Below are positions 1 to 5,907 of a stretch of DNA of 6,146 nucleotides, in pieces. Origin of the DNA: a virus (Duplodnaviria > Heunggongvirae > Uroviricota > Caudoviricetes); the IMG/VR virus record IMGVR_UViG_2645727970_000001, positions 1 through 6,146 of that record; one strand, given 5' to 3'. Under the pieces are notes generated by a model, which saw nothing but the letters and a program-made list of their open reading frames with translations, was not told the origin of the DNA and ran no database searches. Made by a program: the position numbers and the translations under genes. Every line of letters starts with the position of its first letter. The stretch's first letter is position 1.

Positions 1-29
1 TGGGTGTTTTATTAGTACGAATAAGCACT

Positions 30-57
30 GTGTATTCATTCCAACGAGTGAATACAC
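30..57. repeat. Perfect 9-bp inverted repeat (gtgtattca / tgaatacac) with 10-nt spacer; possible RNA hairpin or protein-binding site
   Basis: Positions 30-38 are the exact reverse complement of 49-57. No T-tract follows, so it is not a classic terminator. Confidence 0.4.
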
Positions 58-119
58 GGAGCAATGTCGCTCGTAACTAAACAGGAGCCGACTTGTTCTG
101 ATTATTGGAAATCTTCTTT

Positions 120-145
120 GCCCTCCAGTGTGAGGGCATTTTTTT
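120..145 (+). terminator. Rho-independent terminator-like hairpin upstream of the first ORF
   Basis: 6-bp GC-rich stem gccctc(120-125)/gagggc(132-137), loop cagtgt, followed by a run of seven T (139-145). Oriented for + strand transcription. Confidence 0.6.
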
Positions 146-157
146 GACGGAGGAAAT

Positions 158-469
158 ATGAAATTACGTGTCTGGCATATCCCGCAAGTTCCTATGAAGC
201 CGTTCATTGTAGAAGTGGCAAGTGTTGAAGAGGGTGTTCGCCTGATGGATGCACTGGCTGATTATGATGCCTTTCAGTATGACAACAATATCAAGCCTGA
301 CTACTGCAATGCTAACGGCCTTGAGATGTGGGATGAGAGCATTACTGATGAAGATTTATCAGAGATGGGGCTTACGGATCGCTGGGTAGATTGGTACAGC
401 GAATGCCAATGTTACGACGACCCACGTAAATATATCGAAAGCCTGAAAGAAGAAACCTCAGCAGCCTGA
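158..469 (+). CDS. Hypothetical small acidic prophage protein (103 aa)
   Basis: ORF with SD ggagg 6 nt upstream of ATG 158. Translation is D/E-rich (about 23 acidic against about 9 basic residues by my count) with several Trp/Tyr and 3 Cys. No family recognised. Confidence 0.7.
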   Translation: MKLRVWHIPQVPMKPFIVEVASVEEGVRLMDALADYDAFQYDNNIKPDYCNANGLEMWDESITDEDLSEMGLTDRWVDWYSECQCYDDPRKYIESLKEETSAA

Positions 470-504
470 GCGCGGATTTGACGCATACAAATTAAGGAGG
501 ATAT

Positions 505-1473
505 ATGAGTGAAGTAACAGATTTAGTTGTTATTGAAAAAGCAAATGCAATGACTGTATTTCAGTCTGCCGACCAGATTGAAGAAATCCTTCAAAAGGTT
601 GAACGTGAAGTTATGTCCTTTGTGCCTGATATCACAACGGCAAAGGGCAGAAAGGAGATCGCTTCTCTGGCGTATAAAGTTGCGCAGACGAAAACATATC
701 TCGATGGTCTTGGTAAAGACCTTGTTGCTGAACTGAAGGAAATTCCAAAGCTAATTGATGCTAACCGCAAGACAGTGCGCGATCGCCTTGATGAACTGAA
801 AGCCAAGGCGCGCCAGCCTCTTACTGATTATGAGGAAGAACAGGCGCGGATTAAAGCCGAAGAAGAAGCTAAGGCAGCAGCTGAAGCTCTCGCAAAGCAA
901 ATTGAGTCTGACCATGAAATAGCGATTTTGATGGATCGCGAATTTGACCGCCAAAGAGAAGAGGCAAGACTCAAAGCGGAGCAGGAAAAGCGAGAGCATG
1001 AAGAACGCTTAAAAAGAGAAGCTGAAGAGAAAGCCAGAGCAGAAGCCGAAGCAAAGGCAAAAGCCGAAATTGAAGCAGCAGCAAGGCGAGAAGCAGAAGC
1101 TAAGGCCGCAGCGGAACGTGCAGAGCGTGAACGCATTGAAGCCGAGCAACGAGCACAGCGCGAAGCAAAAGAGGCAGCAGAACGAGCTGAAAGAGAAAAG
1201 CAGGCGGCAATTGAAGCAGAACGCCGAAAAGCACAGGAGGAGGCTGAACGAATCCGGCGCGAGGCTGAAGCAAAAGAGCAAGCCAGAATAGCAGAAGAAA
1301 AAAGAATCAAGGACGAAGAAGAGCGCAGAGCAAAGGATAAAGCTCACCGGAAAGAAGTAAATAACAAAATACTTGCTGACCTTATCAAGGTTGGCGCATC
1401 AGAAGATGTTGCTAAAAATATCATAACAGCCATCGTAAAAGGCGAAGTATTCGCAACAAAAATAACCTACTAA
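505..1473 (+). CDS. Hypothetical phage protein with long central E/R/K/A-rich helical (coiled-coil or single alpha-helix) region, 322 aa
   Basis: Consensus SD taaggagg 7 nt upstream of ATG 505. N-terminal ~110 aa and C-terminal ~40 aa look globular; residues ~115-285 are low-complexity AEAKAKAE/ERAERE-type repeats. Opposite-strand ORFs across this span are repeat artefacts. Confidence 0.75.
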   Translation: MSEVTDLVVIEKANAMTVFQSADQIEEILQKVEREVMSFVPDITTAKGRKEIASLAYKVAQTKTYLDGLGKDLVAELKEIPKLIDANRKTVRDRLDELKAKARQPLTDYEEEQARIKAEEEAKAAAEALAKQIESDHEIAILMDREFDRQREEARLKAEQEKREHEERLKREAEEKARAEAEAKAKAEIEAAARREAEAKAAAERAERERIEAEQRAQREAKEAAERAEREKQAAIEAERRKAQEEAERIRREAEAKEQARIAEEKRIKDEEERRAKDKAHRKEVNNKILADLIKVGASEDVAKNIITAIVKGEVFATKITY

Positions 1474-1497
1474 TAAAACCAACATAAGGAACCACCC

Positions 1498-1629
1498 ATG
1501 ATTTACGCAATCGCGGGAGGCGCTCGCATGGGTGCCTTCCAACTAAATGAATCTTTACTTGAACGAATCACCCGTAAATTACGTGACGGATGGAAAAGAG
1601 TTGAGGTCTTATTATGCGCAATGAAATAG
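1498..1629 (+). CDS. cIII: CIII-like regulator (FtsH/HflB inhibitor that stabilises CII), short 43-aa form
   Basis: Not in the supplied ORF track (too short). ATG 1498 preceded by aagga. Translation MIYAIAGGARMGAFQLNESLLERITRKLRDGWKRVEVLLCAMK contains the ESLLERITRKLRDGWKR core that I recall from phage lambda CIII. The ORF ends earlier than lambda's 54 aa. Confidence 0.8.
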   Translation: MIYAIAGGARMGAFQLNESLLERITRKLRDGWKRVEVLLCAMK

Positions 1630-1766
1630 CCATCAATCACCAGATGCTTCGTGCTGCACAGAACAAAGCAGTAATAGCCAGATTTATTGGTGATTCCAAA
1701 ATGTGGCTTGAAGCAAATAAAGCGATGAAATCAGCTATCAACCTTCCGTGGTATCGCAGGAAATGA
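1614..1766 (+). CDS. kil: Kil-like small protein (candidate FtsZ/cell-division inhibitor), 50 aa
   Basis: Not in the ORF track. ATG 1614 lies inside the 3' end of cIII with gagg upstream. Translation MRNEIAINHQMLRAAQNKAVIARFIGDSKMWLEANKAMKSAINLPWYRRK has the FIGDxKMWxEA-type core I associate with lambda Kil / Rac KilR; position directly after cIII matches lambda gene order. Confidence 0.55.
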   Translation: MRNEIAINHQMLRAAQNKAVIARFIGDSKMWLEANKAMKSAINLPWYRRK

Positions 1767-1978
1767 GTTTTACAGATAACTGGTCAGACGAAGAATTCAT
1801 TCGTCAGATGAAAGAATTAATCGGTAACGAAGGAGATATTCATGTCACTTGCAACCACAGTGAAGGAGAGCAAGTTACAGAGACGCATGTACACGCAGAA
1901 AGCGCTAAGGTATCGCCAGAAGGGAGACCGCGAAGGAATGCGCGTATGCCTAAATGCGGCAAAGACTCGAAGTATTAA
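1763..1978 (+). CDS. Hypothetical small protein (71 aa from ATG 1763; track lists a GTG start at 1748)
   Basis: ATG 1763 overlaps the kil stop (aATGa), suggesting translational coupling. Acidic N-terminus, His/Cys-containing C-terminal half (HVTCNH...THVH...KCGK). Sits where gam/arf-type genes lie in lambda/P22-like phages but has no recognisable similarity. Confidence 0.55.
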   Translation: MSFTDNWSDEEFIRQMKELIGNEGDIHVTCNHSEGEQVTETHVHAESAKVSPEGRPRRNARMPKCGKDSKY

Positions 1979-2021
1979 ATCAGCGTTATTTCCTTGGGCC
2001 GTGTCCATTCTGAGGTGAATT

Positions 2022-2729
2022 ATGGATTTGAACAAATTCGATGAGCCATTCAGCCCTGAAGATATCGAATGGCGAATACAGCAAAGCGGTAAAACACGCG
2101 ATGGCAAGGTGTGGGCTATGGTGCTGGCTTATGTCACGAACAGGGCAATCATGAAACGCCTGGACGATGTTTGCGGCAAAGCAGGATGGCGCAATGAATA
2201 CCGCGATATTCCCAACAACGGAGGCGTTGAATGCGGCATATCAATAAAGATTGATTCCGAATGGGTAACCAAATGGGATGCTGCTGAAAACACGCAGGTA
2301 GAAGCCGTCAAAGGCGGTCGTTCCGGTGCAATGAAGCGCGCTGCCGTTCAGTGGGGAATCGGTCGGTATCTGTATAACCTTGAGGAAGGTTTCGCACAAA
2401 CATCTCTCGATAAAAAGCAGGGGTGGCACAGGGCAAAACTGAAGGATGGAACAGGATTTTACTGGCTCCCTCCATCGCTGCCGGGATGGGCAATCCCAGC
2501 ATCAGATAAAAAACCATCACCAGAAAATACCAACCAGAAATCTCCATCGGTTGACTGCGAACAAATCCTGAAAGACTTCAGCGATTATGCATCAACAGAA
2601 ACTGACAAGAAAAAACTCATCGAGCGTTATCAGCGTGACTGGCAATTAATGGCTGGCAACGAGGAGGCACAGGCTAAATGCGTTCAGGTAATGAACATCA
2701 GAGTTAACGAACTAAAACAGGCGGCATAA
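2022..2729 (+). CDS. Rad52/Rad22-family single-strand annealing protein (Sak-like phage recombinase), 235 aa
   Basis: SD gaggtga upstream of ATG 2022. Translation contains EAVKGGRSGAMKRAAVQWGIGRYLY, matching the conserved Rad52-family signature. Occupies the position of lambda bet. Confidence 0.8.
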   Translation: MDLNKFDEPFSPEDIEWRIQQSGKTRDGKVWAMVLAYVTNRAIMKRLDDVCGKAGWRNEYRDIPNNGGVECGISIKIDSEWVTKWDAAENTQVEAVKGGRSGAMKRAAVQWGIGRYLYNLEEGFAQTSLDKKQGWHRAKLKDGTGFYWLPPSLPGWAIPASDKKPSPENTNQKSPSVDCEQILKDFSDYASTETDKKKLIERYQRDWQLMAGNEEAQAKCVQVMNIRVNELKQAA

Positions 2730-3197
2730 ATGTCTCACTTGGACGGAATTATTAAAAGATTCGAGTCCAGCTACAAAGTTAATGAAACAACAGGTTGCTG
2801 GGAGTCTACCTATTCAAAAAACAAAGGAGGATACACAAAATTTGTAGCCTTTGGCGTAACAATGCTTTCTCATCGGGTTGCTTTTGAGCTTTATCACTCC
2901 CCCATTCCATCTGGGAAGATGGTTTGCCACAAATGCGATAACCCATGCTGCGTTAATCCTGAACATCTCTTTTTAGGTAGCGCGCAAGAAAACATGGACG
3001 ACAAGATAGCAAAAGGAAGGCATCGTGGAGCCAAGAAAGGTCATGCTCATCATGGTGCAAAATTAACAGAGTGGCAGGTTATAGAAATTAGGAAAAGACT
3101 CTCTGAAAAAGAGAGTCAGTACAAGATAGCAAAAGACATGGGTGTATCTCAATCAATTATAAGCAACATAAAAACTGGCAAGAGGTGGAGCAAATGA
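2730..3197 (+). CDS. HNH endonuclease (HNH_3-type, probable free-standing homing-type nuclease) with C-terminal helix-turn-helix-like region, 155 aa
   Basis: ATG 2730 directly abuts the upstream TAA (TAAATG). Motif [23 protein letters not shown] fits the H...C..C...N..H...N pattern of HNH nucleases. The coding sequence looks AT-richer than its neighbours by eye. Confidence 0.8.
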   Translation: MSHLDGIIKRFESSYKVNETTGCWESTYSKNKGGYTKFVAFGVTMLSHRVAFELYHSPIPSGKMVCHKCDNPCCVNPEHLFLGSAQENMDDKIAKGRHRGAKKGHAHHGAKLTEWQVIEIRKRLSEKESQYKIAKDMGVSQSIISNIKTGKRWSK

Positions 3198-3700
3198 GTT
3201 CTCGCGGGATAAATAAGGTGATTATCCTTGGTCGGGTAGGACAAGACCCGGAAGTTCGATACTCACCATCAGGAACAGCGTTCGCTAACCTGACAATAGC
3301 CACGTCAGAACAATGGCGAGATAAAAATACTGGCGAGCAAAAGGAATTGACTGAATGGCATCGTGTTGCTGTATCCGGGAAACTGGCTGAGGTCGTGGGG
3401 CAGTATGTAAAAAAAGGTGATCAGATTTATTTCGAGGGAATGCTGAGAACCAGAAAGTGGAAAGACCAGTCAGGGCAAGACCGTTACACAACCGAGGTTC
3501 ATGTCGGAATTAATGGCGTGATGCAAATGCTTGGCGGCATTGGCGACAGCAAACAACAAGCAGCCAGCAGGCAATCACAGAAGCCACAGCAGCAATCATC
3601 ACCAGCACAACACAACGAACCTCCGATGGATTTTGACGACGACATACCCTTTGCACCAGTAACTCTCCCCTTCCCTCGTCACGCTATTCACGCAATTTAA
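3194..3700 (+). CDS. ssb: Single-stranded DNA-binding protein (phage-encoded SSB), 168 aa from ATG 3194
   Basis: N-terminus [23 protein letters not shown]...TEWHRV...[19 protein letters not shown] is close to E. coli SSB. ATG 3194 overlaps the HNH stop (aATGa); the track's GTG at 3185 is less likely. Q/S-rich linker then [11 protein letters not shown], but the frame continues 15 codons ([15 protein letters not shown]) before TAA. Confidence 0.95.
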   Translation: MSSRGINKVIILGRVGQDPEVRYSPSGTAFANLTIATSEQWRDKNTGEQKELTEWHRVAVSGKLAEVVGQYVKKGDQIYFEGMLRTRKWKDQSGQDRYTTEVHVGINGVMQMLGGIGDSKQQAASRQSQKPQQQSSPAQHNEPPMDFDDDIPFAPVTLPFPRHAIHAI

Positions 3701-3713
3701 TCAGGAGAAAAAC

Positions 3714-4010
3714 ATGCCAGCGCCTCTGTATGGTGCGGACGACGCACGCCGCTGTTCCGGCAATTCCGTATCGGAGGTGCTGGATAAATTCAGAAAAAAC
3801 TACGATCGGATAATGTCTCTACCGCAGGAAACGAAAGAGGAAAAGGAATTTCGCTATTGTATATGGCTTGCAGAGAAAGAAGAGCGCGAGCGAATTTACC
3901 AGACATCAATCCGACCATTCCGCAAAGCCACATATACCCACTTCCCTGAATATATCGACCCGCGCCTGCGTAATTACCGCTCACGCTATGGCGCTATCAG
4001 TAATGACTGA
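3714..4010 (+). CDS. Hypothetical prophage protein (98 aa)
   Basis: SD aggag 8 nt upstream of ATG 3714, 13 nt after the ssb stop. No recognisable motif; basic and Tyr/Arg-rich C-terminus. Confidence 0.65.
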   Translation: MPAPLYGADDARRCSGNSVSEVLDKFRKNYDRIMSLPQETKEEKEFRYCIWLAEKEERERIYQTSIRPFRKATYTHFPEYIDPRLRNYRSRYGAISND

Positions 4011-4020
4011 GGAATTTACC

Positions 4021-4215
4021 ATGAGAGGACTTGCATACAATCCCGGCATTCTTCCGGCAGAAATGATTATTCGCCAACGCGTAAAGCCAATGCCATCGAG
4101 AGAGGAATTTCTTAAGAGAAATTCTTCTCCGTCAGTGAATCAAAACAAATATGTGACTGCTCCCCGCCCTGTCGGGCGAGGCTTCCCACTTCTCAGGCCG
4201 CAACCGTCTGTATGA
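4021..4215 (+). CDS. Small prophage ORF (64 aa as read) whose 3' part runs into the IS right end and tnpB; probably truncated or fused by the insertion
   Basis: SD tgagga 8 nt upstream of ATG 4021, 10 nt after the previous stop. The track's longer form (3868..4215) overlaps the 98-aa ORF and is unlikely. From about 4145 onward the sequence is IS-derived, so the native C-terminus is unknown. Confidence 0.35.
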   Translation: MRGLAYNPGILPAEMIIRQRVKPMPSREEFLKRNSSPSVNQNKYVTAPRPVGRGFPLLRPQPSV

Positions 4216-4300
4216 CGGATTTACGCTGGCCTCCATGGGCAGAGACGACGTGTCCCGCCGCCTTTAGCTCCAGTATTCCTTTTTGCCGGATATTGAGTGC
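4125..4300 (-). ncRNA. Putative TnpB guide RNA (omega/reRNA) spanning the 3' end of tnpB, the IS right end and adjacent flank (predicted, not directly visible)
   Basis: Inferred from established TnpB biology: the guide RNA derives from the tnpB 3' end plus right end, with the guide read from flanking DNA. Only the hairpin at 4162-4181 is seen directly; extent is a guess. Confidence 0.3.
4162..4181. repeat. Subterminal imperfect palindrome of the IS, tnpB-proximal (right end)
   Basis: ccccgccc-tgtc-gggcgagg: 5-bp cgccc/gggcg stem with a conserved C/A mismatch, flanked by ct...ttc. Near-identical to the hairpin at 5887-5907. Confidence 0.65.
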
Positions 4301-5368
4301 TGCATTGATATCCCGGTCATGTTCAATACCGCATTCAGGGCATCGCCAGATGCGTTTATGAAGTGGCATTTCCGGCATCTTGTAACCACAACAATGGCAG
4401 GTTTTCGAACTGGCAAACCACTGGTCGAGTTTTACCAGGTGAACGCCTTTTTCTGCTGCCTTGTACTCCAGCTTTACGATGAAGCTGTGCCAGCCCGCAT
4501 CACCTATCGCTCTTGCCAGATTGTGGTTTTTCATCATGTTGGCTGTTTTCAGCGTCTCGACAATTACCGCTTGGTTTTCGTCAACAATTGCACGAGAAAG
4601 TTTGTGTTGAAAATCAGCACGGGCATTGGCAACCCGTTCGTGTAACGCAGCCAGTCGGATTCTGGCCTTTTTACGGTTCGCGCTTCCCTTTTGTTTGCGG
4701 GATAGCGCTTTTTGTTTGCGTCGCAGATTACGGCTGGCATTGATGAGATGACGAGGATTCGGAGCTTTTCCCCCATCAGACATGATGACATAGTGCTCAA
4801 GCCCCATATCCACACCAGTAATCTTTTCTTCCTCCAGATACGCTGGTTTCTCTGGTGTGGGAATACCGTCTTCACAAAGGATAGATGCGTAGTATTTCCC
4901 GGTGGCACTGCGAGTGATTGTTATGCTCCTCACTTTTCCCGCCATTACACGGTGTATACGCGTTTCTATCGGTGCCAGCTTAGGAATTTTGATGGCATTC
5001 TCCAGTACTTTAATCCCGACACAATGGTAGCTCGATTGCTTCCCATGTTTACGTTTAAACGTCGGGAATCGTGCTTTCAGCTTCGGATTAAAAAAGTTGG
5101 AAAACGCCACATCAAGATTAATCACCGCCTGTTGCAATGCCATTGAATCAAATTCTTTAAGCCAGGCATACCTGCGGGACTTCTTCGCCACAGACAACAA
5201 CGGTTTTAAATCTTTACGCGGACGTAAATTCACTCCGTGTCGCTGGTAAGCGTGTTTTTTGATGTTAAGAGCTTTGTTGTATGCAAAACGTACCGCACCG
5301 AACTGGGCATTGAGATACTCAGCCTGTTCGGTAGTGGGATATATGCGTACTTTTGTCGCTCTTAACAT
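4193..5368 (-). CDS. tnpB: TnpB (IS200/IS605 OrfB; RuvC-like RNA-guided endonuclease), 391 aa
   Basis: Translation shows a split RuvC fold with candidate catalytic residues in GVDMGLEHY (D), AVIVETLK (E) and [10 protein letters not shown] (D), plus a CxxC...CxxC zinc finger (CHCCGYK...CPECG). Full length with ATG start. Confidence 0.9.
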   Translation of the reverse strand: MLRATKVRIYPTTEQAEYLNAQFGAVRFAYNKALNIKKHAYQRHGVNLRPRKDLKPLLSVAKKSRRYAWLKEFDSMALQQAVINLDVAFSNFFNPKLKARFPTFKRKHGKQSSYHCVGIKVLENAIKIPKLAPIETRIHRVMAGKVRSITITRSATGKYYASILCEDGIPTPEKPAYLEEEKITGVDMGLEHYVIMSDGGKAPNPRHLINASRNLRRKQKALSRKQKGSANRKKARIRLAALHERVANARADFQHKLSRAIVDENQAVIVETLKTANMMKNHNLARAIGDAGWHSFIVKLEYKAAEKGVHLVKLDQWFASSKTCHCCGYKMPEMPLHKRIWRCPECGIEHDRDINAALNIRQKGILELKAAGHVVSAHGGQRKSVIQTVAA

Positions 5369-5412
5369 ACTCAGCGCTCATTGATATTATTCAATTATTT
5401 TAACAAATTGAG

Positions 5413-5850
5413 GTGATTTTTCAATTGAGCGAACAACATGAATCTCTTGAAGGCTTCCTTCGGAAGCGTCACAGTGTGAGCAAGCTCGTAGTACATTTAA
5501 TTTTCACGACAAAGTATCGCAGAAAACTTTTTGACGGATGCATGATAGAGCAACTACGGGAAGCTTTTTGTTCCGCCGCAGCAAAACTTGAATGCGAAAT
5601 TCTTGAAATGGACGGTGAGACAGATCATGTGCATCTGTTGGTTGCTTATCCGCCCAAACTGGCAGTCAGCGTCATGGTGAATAATTTGAAATCAGTATCG
5701 TCACGTTTGCTGTGCCAGCAAAACACACATTTACGAACACAGAGCAAAACAGGCTTGCTTTGGTCAAGATCCTACTTTGCATGTAGTGCCGGAGGTGCGA
5801 CGATAGAAACGCTCAGAACTTACGTTCAAAGCCAGTCAACGCCGGAATGA
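5413..5850 (+). CDS. tnpA: TnpA, IS200-type Y1 (HuH) transposase; translation probably starts at TTG 5425 rather than GTG 5413
   Basis: KYRRKLF near the N-terminus, HuH motif DHVHLLV, catalytic-type Tyr in LRTYVQSQ and LWSRSYF...GGA match the IS200 TnpA pattern. No in-frame ATG; GAGGTGA (5410-5416) sits 8 nt before TTG 5425. Divergent from tnpB across 44 bp. Confidence 0.85.
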   Translation: MIFQLSEQHESLEGFLRKRHSVSKLVVHLIFTTKYRRKLFDGCMIEQLREAFCSAAAKLECEILEMDGETDHVHLLVAYPPKLAVSVMVNNLKSVSSRLLCQQNTHLRTQSKTGLLWSRSYFACSAGGATIETLRTYVQSQSTPE

Positions 5851-5857
5851 TTTTTTT

Positions 5858-5875
5858 AAAGCCCTTCGGGCTTTT
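5858..5875 (+). other. Perfect 7-bp hairpin with TTCG loop just after the tnpA stop, inside the IS left end
   Basis: aaagccc-ttcg-gggcttt, preceded by seven T. Only a weak T-run follows, so it may be a structural or transposition-related element rather than a strong terminator. Confidence 0.4.
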
Positions 5876-5886
5876 CCGCCTTTCCT

Positions 5887-5907
5887 CCCCGCCCGCATTG
5901 GGCGAGG
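5887..5907. repeat. Subterminal imperfect palindrome of the IS, tnpA-proximal (left end)
   Basis: ccccgccc-gcatt-gggcgagg: same stem and same C/A mismatch as 4162-4181, same orientation, about 1.7 kb away. Confidence 0.65.

Noticed and set aside
66-75. boxA-like sequence cgctcgtaa, possible nutL
   Set aside because: It is one mismatch from the lambda boxA consensus as I recall it, but I could not find a convincing boxB hairpin within the expected distance. A nutL would also be expected upstream of the N gene rather than here, so this is probably chance.
591-1347. Four - strand ORFs (591-806, 751-999, 828-1310, 1009-1347) and a + strand alternate-frame ORF (1070-1291) inside the 322-aa gene
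   Set aside because: Their translations are low-complexity Ser/Ala/Phe/Leu or Lys/Gln runs produced by reading the GAA/GCA-rich repeat in other frames. None has a convincing RBS and all overlap a well-supported gene.
1817-2547. Four - strand ORFs (1817-2107, 2129-2311, 2241-2429, 2308-2547) antisense to the 71-aa ORF and the Rad52-like gene
   Set aside because: They lie entirely within or against well-supported + strand genes with a recognisable conserved motif, and have no good start context.
3285-3491. 68-aa - strand ORF inside ssb
   Set aside because: Antisense to a confidently identified SSB gene; no RBS; likely a shadow ORF.
3790-3984. 64-aa - strand ORF inside the 98-aa ORF
   Set aside because: Antisense shadow ORF in a + strand operon; no supporting signals.
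4130-4150. TTGAT motif on the tnpB-coding strand in the right-end flank, reminiscent of the ISDra2 target motif
   Set aside because: The target motif of IS200/IS605 elements abuts the left end, not the right end, and this element's own target motif is unknown; a single pentamer match is not informative.
3868-4215. Long 115-aa form of the ORF ending at 4215
   Set aside because: Its first 47 codons overlap the 98-aa ORF in another frame and lack an RBS. The in-frame ATG at 4021 has a good SD just after the upstream stop, so the short form is preferred.
4283-5146. ORFs 4283-4645 (+), 4513-4743 (+), 4564-4908 (-) and 4712-5146 (+) within the tnpB region
   Set aside because: All overlap the full-length, motif-supported tnpB on the opposite strand or in another frame. 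Their translations are Cys/Phe/Trp-rich with no domain features; treated as shadow ORFs.
5381-5409. Possible sigma70 promoter for tnpA (TTGATA as -35)
   Set aside because: No acceptable -10 hexamer at 16-18 bp spacing (caaatt is poor); the region is simply AT-rich. A promoter likely exists but cannot be placed from sequence alone.
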